Assembly (NCBI GenBank): GCA_044226015.1
Contig: JBGAHS010000006.1
Location: 320,001 to 384,000 of the forward strand
Source: Candidatus Obscuribacteraceae bacterium
GTDB taxonomy: Bacteria > Cyanobacteriota > Vampirovibrionia > Obscuribacterales > Obscuribacteraceae
Direction: 5' to 3'
Length of the DNA stretch: 64,000 bases
In this document: piece after piece, positions 45,563 through 54,597 of the stretch
How positions within the stretch are numbered: the first letter of the stretch is position 1
Layout: every line of letters starts with the position of its first letter
Program-made: the position numbers and the translations under genes
Notes under the pieces: model-generated
The model's database searches: none
Told to the model about the DNA's origin: nothing
Seen by the model: only the letters and a program-made list of their open reading frames with translations

Positions 45563-46225
45563 ATGAAGAAAAAGAACTCTAGCGTTGGAACCACAACACA
45601 AACTACTTCAAAGTCAGACAACCCGACGAGAAAAAAAACAGCACAGTCTCAATCTGGCAAAACGAACGCAATATCAAATTCTAAAAAGATTGAGAATAGC
45701 GAAGAGAAAAAGACCACAACCAAAGAGCGGAACATTCCAAAGAAGGTAGAAGCAAATTCTCTGGCTGATTACTTTGAGGTTATGAGCATTGCGGTATTTC
45801 AAGCCAGCGTGAGTTGGGCTCTGATACTCAATAAACTTGATAATTTTAGAAAAGCTTTCAACAATTTCGACCCTAACCTAGTAGCAAAATACGACGAGAT
45901 AAAGATAAGTTCCTTGATGGAAGATAGCAGTATTTTGCGAAACGAGAAAAAGATCAGAGCAACAGTCACGAATGCTGCCTGCATGCTGGAACTAACAAAG
46001 CAACATGGAAGTTTTGCTAACTACCTGCATTCGTTCAAGGACTACCTTACATTAGCAAAAGACATGAAAAAGCGCTTCAAGTTTTTTGGAGATTTGAGTG
46101 TCTATTATTTCCTTTTTCGCGTAAACGAACCTGTTCCAGACTTTGATGAATGGATTGAGACAATTCCAGGTGAGCATCCTCGAATGAGAGAGATGGTCGA
46201 CCAATACAGGATACCCCCTGGCTAA
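45563..46225 (+). CDS. tag: DNA-3-methyladenine glycosylase I (Tag)-like protein with Lys-rich N-terminal extension
   Basis: FQASVSWALILNK..FRKAFNNFDP..VA..ILRNEKKIRATVTNA..MKKRFKFFG. Confidence 0.8.
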   Translation: MKKKNSSVGTTTQTTSKSDNPTRKKTAQSQSGKTNAISNSKKIENSEEKKTTTKERNIPKKVEANSLADYFEVMSIAVFQASVSWALILNKLDNFRKAFNNFDPNLVAKYDEIKISSLMEDSSILRNEKKIRATVTNAACMLELTKQHGSFANYLHSFKDYLTLAKDMKKRFKFFGDLSVYYFLFRVNEPVPDFDEWIETIPGEHPRMREMVDQYRIPPG

Positions 46226-46238
46226 TTCGAATCTGTTG

Positions 46239-46272
46239 AAGTCAGGCTGGCAAGTCAGGCTGGCAAGTCAGG
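46239..46272. repeat. Short 13-bp tandem repeat (AAGTCAGGCTGGC x2.6) between convergent genes
   Basis: Read directly from the sequence. Confidence 0.7.
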
Positions 46273-47875
46273 GCGAAATTGATTGCAGTTTTTTTCTAAC
46301 TAGTGGATCTTCTTTTATCTTGAGCGCTTCACGGAGTTCAACCGTTGCACCAATTTTATCGCCACTAGAAAGAAGTTTATCGGCATTAGCTACCCTTTGC
46401 GCAAAATTCTGTGGGTCGATACCACTTTGTTTAAGCCGCGACGCAAGATTTGAATGCGCAGCATTATTATCAGGGCTCCAGTATAATGCAAGACGAAGCA
46501 ACTCCACAGCTTTCGCATCGCTCACACCATCTGCAATGGCAAGATTATTGGCGGCTGCAGATATGTTACCCCTGGCTAAATTGCTTTTGGGATCAAGCTG
46601 CAAGGATTTTTTTAACGTGTCAATGGCTTTTTCATAGTCACCAGCCATTGTGTACTTGGAGCCAAGATTGGCAAGATACTGAGCCTTCACAGTTGGACTG
46701 AGAGTCCTACCATATTCATCTTTTTCTGGAATCTTATCCACAACAGAGTTATCGTCAGAATACAACAAGAGAACAGTGTTGATATCTCTATCGGAGAGTC
46801 CATGCTGCACATATAAGGACGGCGCCATAATATCGTCTGGATAAGGACTGTGTCCTTGAAGTCCTAGAGAGTGCCCTATTTCATGAAGGCAAACATTGTA
46901 GAGGTAGTTTCTTGCAATGGGCCCCTCTTTGAACGGGTCGACTGTCAGAAGCAAGATTTCTGCTGTACCCAGTCCATCGGCACCATAGGTGGTTTTGGCG
47001 AGCCCGGCTTCCGCCTTTAGTGCAGGCGCATGGAGGTCACTGGTCCATGTTACCGTCATTTGCGCATTAGCTGGATCATTGACAAAGAGAAAACCAATTT
47101 TTCCGTCAGTCAGTGTATTCCAATCATCGAACGCTTGTCGAAGCGATTCTTCAAACTCGGGTCTGTATCCTTCAACTGAACTACCATCTTTTATAAAAAC
47201 TCGGATTTTATCAGCATTCTTCCACTTTGCGAGTGCACCACTGGAGATGGCAGCCAGATAGTCACCAGCAATTGTCCTGCTCTTGCTGCGTTTATTTGAC
47301 TTATAGTTCTCTTCGTCTTTGAGGACACTGATTAATAGCTTGTATTGACTAACATCTGCTGCTTCTGGAGACTTCGCCAGATATTGCTCATAGAACTTGA
47401 TTGCTTCTGCTGGCTTGTGAATCGATTGAGAAATTTTTCCCATGAGTAACAACAACTCAGTATCATCAGGTTTTGCCGCAAGAACTTCACTTGCCTCGCC
47501 AGCCGCATAGTGAAATCTTCCGAGTTGATATAGGACGTCCGCATGCATTTTGCGAGCAGGTAAATTGCCAGGCTCTTGCAAAAGCTGTTTAGCTAGTGCC
47601 AGTTCGCAGGGCTCTAGTTGACCCTGCCTGAGCAATTCACGGGCAGCAGCAAGGCTCTTATCGACCTCTGCCGACTTATTTTTTTCCTTTGTCTTTGCGC
47701 TCTCACAAAGTAATACTGGGATCTTGCGGCCTTCTTTGCGACTGACAACTAAAGCATCGTTATTAGTCGAGCCCATCTTGTTGACTTTGGGCTCGTCCAA
47801 ATTTGCTGCGAATAATGAACCGCAGCAAGCATATCCAGCCAGCGCAACGAGCATCAGTGAGAAAACTTTCGTCAT
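46268..47875 (-). CDS. Exported TPR + matrixin-family (M10-like) zinc metallopeptidase
   Basis: HEIGHSLGLQGHS plus Met-turn DIM, with TPRs on both sides. Signal peptide from ATG 47875 with a GAGG RBS (the track starts at 47908). Confidence 0.9.
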   Translation of the reverse strand: MTKVFSLMLVALAGYACCGSLFAANLDEPKVNKMGSTNNDALVVSRKEGRKIPVLLCESAKTKEKNKSAEVDKSLAAARELLRQGQLEPCELALAKQLLQEPGNLPARKMHADVLYQLGRFHYAAGEASEVLAAKPDDTELLLLMGKISQSIHKPAEAIKFYEQYLAKSPEAADVSQYKLLISVLKDEENYKSNKRSKSRTIAGDYLAAISSGALAKWKNADKIRVFIKDGSSVEGYRPEFEESLRQAFDDWNTLTDGKIGFLFVNDPANAQMTVTWTSDLHAPALKAEAGLAKTTYGADGLGTAEILLLTVDPFKEGPIARNYLYNVCLHEIGHSLGLQGHSPYPDDIMAPSLYVQHGLSDRDINTVLLLYSDDNSVVDKIPEKDEYGRTLSPTVKAQYLANLGSKYTMAGDYEKAIDTLKKSLQLDPKSNLARGNISAAANNLAIADGVSDAKAVELLRLALYWSPDNNAAHSNLASRLKQSGIDPQNFAQRVANADKLLSSGDKIGATVELREALKIKEDPLVRKKLQSISP

Positions 47876-48066
47876 AGCGCGCACCTCTGCCTGAATTCTA
47901 CCCTGCATGATCGGTCAAATCACTCAAGATTCAGCGAAATCACATCGCTTTCCAGCAGGCGAGAGGGTATCGCTTTCCTGTAGGCAAGGTGCTATCCCTT
48001 TTCCCTGCAGGTCCGGCGCAGGCTAGAAAATCCAGGAAGATTGAACAGTCCCAAAACTGAAAAATG

Positions 48067-48109
48067 AACAAACAAAAACACCATCCGAACTAAATCGCGA
48101 TGGTGTTTT
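48067..48109 (-). terminator. Intrinsic terminator of ncRNA copy 2
   Basis: On the minus strand: AAAACACCATC-N13-GATGGTGTTTT followed by TGTTTGTT. Confidence 0.85.
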
Positions 48110-48322
48110 AGCTATTGCTTGGCTGCCTCTTGCGGGAGGCTCAATATCTCTCTACGCTTCAGCCAATCCGTCACGTAAAGCGGGCTCTGCTGCTGGTGTT
48201 TCCGGGATGCGCACCCCTGATGTTTCCACATCGCCCCTCGGCTCGTAGCGATTGCTTCATTCAATCGCTCACCGAATATGCATACTACTTTAGCGGCTTC
48301 AATCGCACTTGTACACTACCCC
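48067..48322 (-). ncRNA. Candidate structured ncRNA, copy 2 (family not recognised)
   Basis: Inverted, diverged homolog of 42965-43216 with compensatory base changes in stems. Ends in a terminator. Confidence 0.75.
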
Positions 48323-48585
48323 AATGAAGAAGACCGAGAGATAAAATCACCTGCAGCAAACGACACTATTGTGTCAAAAAATATTAGACAAAAATTGTCA
48401 GGCACTCGAACTAGCAGCCCCCTATACCGGACGAATATCGTATATACAACATACATATAAGGCATTTCTAAGTGCAATCCAGGGGAAGCCTATACGCTGC
48501 TAATTCGATACACATTCGATAACTAGAACGCCTTTCTTAAAAAGATCAAAAATTCTTTTCCTGCTCTGATACTCTCAGTGCAGCT

Positions 48586-48672
48586 CCGAGCCGAGCCGAG
48601 CCGAGCCGAGCAAACCAAGCCGAGCCGAGCAAACCAAGCCGAGCCGAGCAAACCAAGCCAAGCCAAGCCAAG
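48586..48672. repeat. Pentanucleotide/19-bp simple sequence repeat (CCGAG)n/(CCAAG)n
   Basis: CCGAG x3, then CCGAGCCGAGCAAACCAAG x3 (48601-48657), then CCAAG x3. Confidence 0.9.
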
Positions 48673-48676
48673 ACTG

Positions 48677-49390
48677 ATGAATCTCAAAGCCACAATTCCC
48701 AAAGCCGCTCGTCTTTTAGGCACTATTGCGATTTCACTGCTGATGATTGCTAGCGCTGGAGTGCTCATTCTTAACCTGTGCCCTAAACCACTATTGGGTC
48801 TTCCGGAGAGTACATGGCAATTGCGAAAGTCCGATGCAATTATCGTGTTAGGCACACCCACAAAAAAGGATGGAAAAGCCACTCCGAGTTTGAGAGAACG
48901 GGTGCGCACCGGGGTTGATCTCTACAAGCGAGGAATGGCAACAAAGCTCATAGTTACAGGAGCCGCAGCACACAACAAGTTTGTAGAAGCAGATGTCATG
49001 GCAGCGGATGCTGAATTAATGGGCGTGCCAGCCGATAAAATAATTCGGGAGCGTGAAGCGAAAAACACCTATCAAAATGCTTTCGATTCCTATCTAATAA
49101 TGAAAGCAGAAGGAATGAAATCCGCGATAGTTGTGTCATCGCCCGCGCATTTGTTGCGTGCAAATTTAATTTTCTCACGCTACCCAATCGAATATTGTGT
49201 GTTCGGGTGCGATTACCCTGCTGAACAAAATGCATGGGACAGACTCATCTTCGACCAGAGAGAGAAGTATTTTGTTCTTGCGGACCTGATTCTCAATAAA
49301 GGTATTCTTCTGGGGTTGAAACCAGAACAGGCACAACAGATGCCACAGATTGCAAAAGAAGCAGAGCTGATGCACTCCCAATCAAAGTAA
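48677..49390 (+). CDS. YdcF/DUF218 (ElyC/SanA-like) family protein
   Basis: N-terminal TM, then DAIIVLG, LIVTGA, EADVM, E..AKNTYQNA and VSSPAHLLRA. ATG 48677 is preferred over GTG 48578, which reads through the repeat. Confidence 0.9.
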   Translation: MNLKATIPKAARLLGTIAISLLMIASAGVLILNLCPKPLLGLPESTWQLRKSDAIIVLGTPTKKDGKATPSLRERVRTGVDLYKRGMATKLIVTGAAAHNKFVEADVMAADAELMGVPADKIIREREAKNTYQNAFDSYLIMKAEGMKSAIVVSSPAHLLRANLIFSRYPIEYCVFGCDYPAEQNAWDRLIFDQREKYFVLADLILNKGILLGLKPEQAQQMPQIAKEAELMHSQSK

Positions 49391-49473
49391 GCTCGACTTG
49401 AGCTTACTTCCTTCGCGGCAGCGCCCCCAAAGGGTTAGCCACGACAGAGCCTTTGTATTTGAAACCAAATGGC

Positions 49474-51297
49474 TCAGGCAGTTTGAAAATTCTGTACTCT
49501 CTTGTTGAATTCGGCCTGCTCTTCCTCGGTGATACCAGGAATGGTGCGCCAGTTATCATAGAGACAAAGTTCCCATACACAGTCACCAAAATCTGGCCGG
49601 CTCTTGCTCAGCTTTTCAAATTCTGAGTGAATTTGCGAAGCATAGATTGGTTCGACCTGAGCAATTCTCGTCATAGTTCTAATTGCAGCAAGCGTAATCC
49701 AATCACGAGGTCCAAGAAGCATCGAGAGCAAAGCTTCACGACGCTCAGACCCTTCCCAGCCCTGGTCGATATTTGCGATTATCATGCCAATCAAAAATTG
49801 TATTCGAGGCAACCACGTAACGGCTGCCATTTTCTTCGGCAGGGGAGGTGGGTAGGTCAATACAGAAAGCAGCTCAGAAACACGTTCTACACCGAGCTTC
49901 TTTGCCAACTTGCTAGCTTCACCCCATTTTTCCAGCGTTGCCTTTCTTCCGTTACCCAGCACAGCAACAGCATTCAAAAGCTCTTCTGACGGCGGTGGCA
50001 AAGCAGGGGACGCATTGGTTTCTTCGTACTTCCAAATCTGATATTTGATTTCATCCAGCGGAATTCGAGGGTCGGGCCTTGGCACCGGGGGTGGTTCTAT
50101 TACAAGACGAACCTCTTGCTTGAGTGCTTTCATCTCAAGTTCAAAGGCGGTTACATTGCTTGGGGATTCAAGACAAGTAAGGGTCATCGTCACCTCGCCC
50201 TTTACTTTATCTGGCTCTTTAATCACAAGCTCTTTCAACTGCCTTAATGTGTCGCAACTCGCCTCAAGCGGTTCTAAGAGATCGCCTGCTTGCATCAAAT
50301 AAAGGAATCGTGCTCGAGCATTTCCTTTTTGTGCAAGGTCTAAAAGACCACTAAAATGCTTTTCGTTGTTTCCTATTTTCCAGGCACAATATCGAGCGGA
50401 GGGCAGAGCCCAAGCATTCTGCGGGTCAAGTTTGATTACCCTCTCGTAGCACAGCAGAGCTGCCTTCCAATCGCCGTGAAACATGTACATGTCGCCGGAT
50501 TCCAACCATCCAGAAAAATCATGTTTTTGCGCTAACTTCTGAACATGTTCAAACGCTTTCACAGCGTCTTTCAGACGAGCCTGATCTTTATAGATTAAAC
50601 CGAGACAGAGCCACGCTTCATGGTCATTGGGATTCATGAGGGCTTTCACCGCAAGCTCTGCCTCTGCATGCTTGTCAGCTCGACGGAATAAACCAACTCT
50701 AACCATGAGCGAACTTACCGCTCGGTTCTTGCAGCTAGCTGCATATCGCTCAGCCAGAGCAGACCAGCGTGCCATCATCTCAATTTCTTCGACTGTCAGA
50801 TTGCCTGGTCCATCAACACCCTGAAGTATTACAATGAAAATTTGCCAGGCAAGCTGTTCGGGCAATGACTCAATGGCTCCGGCTGGCTCAAACCACTCCA
50901 GTCCCCACAACCGGAGGAACTTTGAATCCGGCTTTGCGTGTCCGACACTAAATAAAAGATTTGCGGCATCGACAAGCCGTCCCTGTTGCATCCAAAAGAA
51001 AGCTCGCAGCGCTTCCGTTGCATAGTAAGCATGTGTTTGTTGGTCAGGCAAAATAGACTCAAGGTCGCCAGCAGCATCAATGTAGGCTTGCAAAAGGTCA
51101 AGAGATTCTGGCTTATCAGGTGCCATCGCCAACAATTCAGCGACATGGCGAAGTCCATGTTTCAGGTTGTCTTTCTTGCCGAGTTCATGGACTGCAATTT
51201 CTCTTTCGAACCCTGGAGAACCAGGTCTTAAAGAGGTAATAGCTTGATGGGAACAGCCTGCATAAAGAGTCTGCTGCTTACCGCTGGAACTACTCAT
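49474..51297 (-). CDS. TPR-containing hypothetical protein
   Basis: 607-aa ORF with TPRs (EAWLCLGLIYKDQARLKDAVKAFE; WLESGDMYMFHGDWKAALLCYERVIKLDP). Confidence 0.85.
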   Translation of the reverse strand: MSSSSGKQQTLYAGCSHQAITSLRPGSPGFEREIAVHELGKKDNLKHGLRHVAELLAMAPDKPESLDLLQAYIDAAGDLESILPDQQTHAYYATEALRAFFWMQQGRLVDAANLLFSVGHAKPDSKFLRLWGLEWFEPAGAIESLPEQLAWQIFIVILQGVDGPGNLTVEEIEMMARWSALAERYAASCKNRAVSSLMVRVGLFRRADKHAEAELAVKALMNPNDHEAWLCLGLIYKDQARLKDAVKAFEHVQKLAQKHDFSGWLESGDMYMFHGDWKAALLCYERVIKLDPQNAWALPSARYCAWKIGNNEKHFSGLLDLAQKGNARARFLYLMQAGDLLEPLEASCDTLRQLKELVIKEPDKVKGEVTMTLTCLESPSNVTAFELEMKALKQEVRLVIEPPPVPRPDPRIPLDEIKYQIWKYEETNASPALPPPSEELLNAVAVLGNGRKATLEKWGEASKLAKKLGVERVSELLSVLTYPPPLPKKMAAVTWLPRIQFLIGMIIANIDQGWEGSERREALLSMLLGPRDWITLAAIRTMTRIAQVEPIYASQIHSEFEKLSKSRPDFGDCVWELCLYDNWRTIPGITEEEQAEFNKRVQNFQTA

Positions 51298-51442
51298 GTA
51301 TCGCCTTCAATTAGAACGTTTAGCAACAGCTAACATATCACACTAAAGGCGCGATGATTTTTGCAGACAATTGCCAACTGCTGAAGCAATCTTAATTTCG
51401 CTTCCGACAGCCAATTACTGCTTGTACTCTAAGTACTTCTAA

Positions 51443-51727
51443 TTAAGAGCGCTTAGGCGCTGCATCAATTATTTGTTGAACGAGATCATTTTCAAGTTCT
51501 TCAAGCTCATCAGCTTTGTCTTGATCTCCGCGTTCAATTGCTGTCCAGCGCTCTGCTGAAATGCGTTGCAGTTCTTTTAACTGATTTGAGGTATCGCCAG
51601 GGATAACGCGAATCAGTATAAATCTCAGTAAGTCGTTATAAAGTTTCGACTTATCGTGTTGCAATCTAAATGCTGGTCCTGATTCGCTCATGATCCTTCC
51701 TGATTTCTCATTTACTACCTGACTCAA
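51443..51727 (-). CDS. Small helical hypothetical protein
   Basis: 94-aa ORF with coiled-coil-like composition; start uncertain. Confidence 0.55.
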   Translation of the reverse strand: MSQVVNEKSGRIMSESGPAFRLQHDKSKLYNDLLRFILIRVIPGDTSNQLKELQRISAERWTAIERGDQDKADELEELENDLVQQIIDAAPKRS

Positions 51728-51813
51728 TCGTAGCAGATCAAACTATGTCTCGGAACAACGCATCAAGCAGATGTAGCAATGACACCTAAATAATGCGGCA
51801 CCGCGTATGGTGT

Positions 51814-54276
51814 CTACCGCCTTGCTCTCACTCTTCCGGCACCGGCTCTGCCAGCGCGACTGTGAGATTTTTTATTAGCAGGGCGGCTGGCACCTGCATG
51901 TGCGGATTTCGCAACATTTGAATGCCCTTGCTTTCGACCGTAACCTGATTTGCCAACAGCGCTTTTTCCATAAGAACGTCCCGCAGAGCCATGAGCTGCC
52001 TTAGAACCACTGCTTCTGCCTTCTGAGCGCCCTTCCGAACCGTAGCCAGATTTGGCACCATAACTTCTGCCTTCTGCGCGTCCTTCCGAACCGTAGCCAG
52101 ATTTAGCACCATAGCTTCTGCCTTCTGAGCGTCCTTCCGAACCGTAGCCAGATTTAGCACCATAGCTTCTGCCTTCTGAGCGTCCTTCTGAACCGTAGCC
52201 AGATTTCGCACCATAGCTTCTGCCTTCTGAGCGTCCTTCTGAACCGTAGCCAGATTTGGCACCATAGCTTCTGCCTTCTGAGCGCCCTTCTGAAGCGTAG
52301 CCAGATTTAGCACCATAGCTTCTGCCTTCTGAGCGCCCTTCCGAACCGTAGCCAGATTTGGCACCATAGTTTCTGCCTTCTGAGCGTCCTTCTGAACCGT
52401 AGCCAGATTTGGCACCATAGCTTCTGCCTTCTGCGCGTCCTTCTGAACCGTAGCCAGATTTGGCACCATAGCTTCTGCCTTCTGCGCGTCCTTCTGAACC
52501 GTAGCCAGATTTGGCACCATAGCCTCTGCCTTCTGCGCGTCCTTCTGAACCATAGCCAGATTTGGCACCATAGGCGCTACGATTTTCTTGAGATCTTCCG
52601 CCAGAACCATATGTGGACTTTTGCCCGTTGCTTCTTGCACGGTCTTCAGACCCGTTGCTGTACTTTGAACGAACGCTTTGCTTTTCCTGCGAACGCTTGC
52701 CGAAGCCGTCGGAAGAATAGTTTTGTTGATCTATAGAATCGCCATAACCATCAGAGTTTGACTTCCCAACAGAACCATCTCTGTAGACTGCAGACTGTCT
52801 TCCTTTGTTATCTGAACCATAACCTGCAGAACGGCTGCGATCATTCCTGCCGTATTCAGATGCTGCAGAATGCCTAGAAGAGGAATTGGAGCGGCTTGAA
52901 CCATAAGCCTTTCGACCTTTATGTTCATGTTTTAATTTCGAAGAGTCATTGCCAGAAAATTCCGTTTCGTTACCATCGGATGACTCTGAGTCGTTAAAAT
53001 AACGCTTAGCAAATCTGTTACGTCCGAACTGAGCTTCGCGGCCAAAGTCAGAGCGAGAGCCCGATTGAGCCTTCGCTAGAGGTTTTCTGTAAGCATCTTC
53101 TTTAGGCTGATATTCTTCTTGAATCTCAACAACTTTGCGAGCAGAACGAATTTCAACGACTTCTCGTTTTCCATTTCCATTCTTCAAAACATCAAATATA
53201 GCTTTGACAAGATGACGCTGATCGTTGGAAACAAATGAATGCGCAAAACCAGCGCGTCCAGCTCTGCCAGTACGTCCGATGCGATGGACATAATCTTCGG
53301 CAAGCATAGGCAAATCAAAATTGACCACGTGACTTATAGATGGAATGTCGAGCCCACGCGCAGCAACATCAGTAGCAATGAGGATGCAAAACTCTCCGTC
53401 TCTAAATCTCTTAATAGTGTAAGAGCGTTGCTTTTGGCTTATATCACCGTGAATCTCTTCTGCCGGAATTTCCAGCTCACGGAGGGCAGCTGTAAGTTGT
53501 GACGCCTTACGCTTCGTCTTTGTGAAAACAAGCATAGAGTCTACTGATACATCGCCAATCAGCTCAACAAGCCTTTTTTGCTTTTCCTTCTCTTTAATGT
53601 AGTGGAATTGCTGATCAATCGACGCTGCTTCAACCTTGTCATTGTTCACCTGAATAACTTCCGGCGATTGCAAGAATTCCTCGGCAAGATCCTTAATACG
53701 ATTGTCTATGGTGGCAGAAAACATGAGCGTTTGGCGCACTTTAGGAACCCGAGCCATAACAGCTCTGACTTGCGGCATGAAACCCATGTCTAGCAGTCGG
53801 TCTGCTTCATCGAGTACAACATGTTCAACTACATTTAAGTTCGCGTAGTTGCGATTCACACAATCAACAAGTCGACCTGGTGTGGCAACAATCACGTCAA
53901 CACCACGATGTAGCGCTTGAATTTGCTTCCTGTAGCCGACCCCACCAAACAAGGTGATAAGTTTCAAGCCAAAAGGCTTGCCAAATCGTTCGAATTCCGT
54001 CGCGACTTGTGTTGCCAACTCTCTAGTTGGAACGACAACGAGCGCTCTGGTCTTAACTTTTTCACCAGCTTTGGTGCTTTGTGACAATTTGGCGATTAGC
54101 GGAAGAGCATATGCCGCCGTTTTACCAGAGCCAGTCTGCGCTGAAGCTATCAGGTCCTCGCCAGCACTGACGGTTCCAATAGCTTTGACTTGAATTTCCG
54201 TCGGCTCAACAAATCCAATCGCATTTAGATGACTAACCATTTCACTGGAAAGTCCAAGTTCACAGAATGACACCAC
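51814..54276 (-). CDS. DEAD-box RNA helicase (RhlE-like) with very long G/S/R/Y-rich C-terminal tail
   Basis: Q motif, AQTGSGKT, PTRELA, TPGRL, DEAD, SAT, ARGLD and HRIGRTGR. Confidence 0.96.
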   Translation of the reverse strand: MVSFCELGLSSEMVSHLNAIGFVEPTEIQVKAIGTVSAGEDLIASAQTGSGKTAAYALPLIAKLSQSTKAGEKVKTRALVVVPTRELATQVATEFERFGKPFGLKLITLFGGVGYRKQIQALHRGVDVIVATPGRLVDCVNRNYANLNVVEHVVLDEADRLLDMGFMPQVRAVMARVPKVRQTLMFSATIDNRIKDLAEEFLQSPEVIQVNNDKVEAASIDQQFHYIKEKEKQKRLVELIGDVSVDSMLVFTKTKRKASQLTAALRELEIPAEEIHGDISQKQRSYTIKRFRDGEFCILIATDVAARGLDIPSISHVVNFDLPMLAEDYVHRIGRTGRAGRAGFAHSFVSNDQRHLVKAIFDVLKNGNGKREVVEIRSARKVVEIQEEYQPKEDAYRKPLAKAQSGSRSDFGREAQFGRNRFAKRYFNDSESSDGNETEFSGNDSSKLKHEHKGRKAYGSSRSNSSSRHSAASEYGRNDRSRSAGYGSDNKGRQSAVYRDGSVGKSNSDGYGDSIDQQNYSSDGFGKRSQEKQSVRSKYSNGSEDRARSNGQKSTYGSGGRSQENRSAYGAKSGYGSEGRAEGRGYGAKSGYGSEGRAEGRSYGAKSGYGSEGRAEGRSYGAKSGYGSEGRSEGRNYGAKSGYGSEGRSEGRSYGAKSGYASEGRSEGRSYGAKSGYGSEGRSEGRSYGAKSGYGSEGRSEGRSYGAKSGYGSEGRSEGRSYGAKSGYGSEGRAEGRSYGAKSGYGSEGRSEGRSSGSKAAHGSAGRSYGKSAVGKSGYGRKQGHSNVAKSAHAGASRPANKKSHSRAGRAGAGRVRARR
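52012..52572 (-). repeat. 11 x 51-nt coding tandem repeat (YGAKSGYGSEGR[S/A]EGRS) in the helicase tail
   Basis: Counted from the translation and checked against nucleotide coordinates (11 x 51 = 561 nt). Confidence 0.95.
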
Positions 54277-54597
54277 AAAACACCTTCACGATTCACATTG
54301 TCCGGCCTTCAGGACGGGACTTTATGAGGAACTAAAATCGCAGTATTACACATATTGGCAACTTTGTCCGTGGGAAATCAACATAATCGGGGGTTCCTGT
54401 GACAACCCTTTACGTAGCAAGCCTTTGTAAGCTTGCTCTCATGCTAAGCAGGCAAATCAGCTATTATTCGAACCGTCTCAAAACAGCAAGGTCGTTTCCA
54501 GTAAAGCCCGGACCAGCAGGCATTCCGAAATTTCGCGTACGTACTTTCACCCTTGCCTGATTATGAGTTTCAACTAATATACATTCGGGAGCTTTCG

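Noticed and set aside
42965..48322. Composite transposon or invertible segment bounded by inverted repeats
   Set aside because: No transposase or recombinase lies inside or nearby, no target-site duplication is evident, and the repeats are diverged with compensatory changes. Not fully excluded.
52012..52572. Regular repeats resembling a CRISPR array
   Set aside because: The 51-nt units are contiguous with no unique spacers and are in frame within the helicase; no cas genes are present.
51828..52640. 270-aa alternative-frame ORF with repeats (MVPNLATVQKDAQKAEA)
   Set aside because: Shadow of the helicase tandem repeat, which happens to lack stops in that frame.
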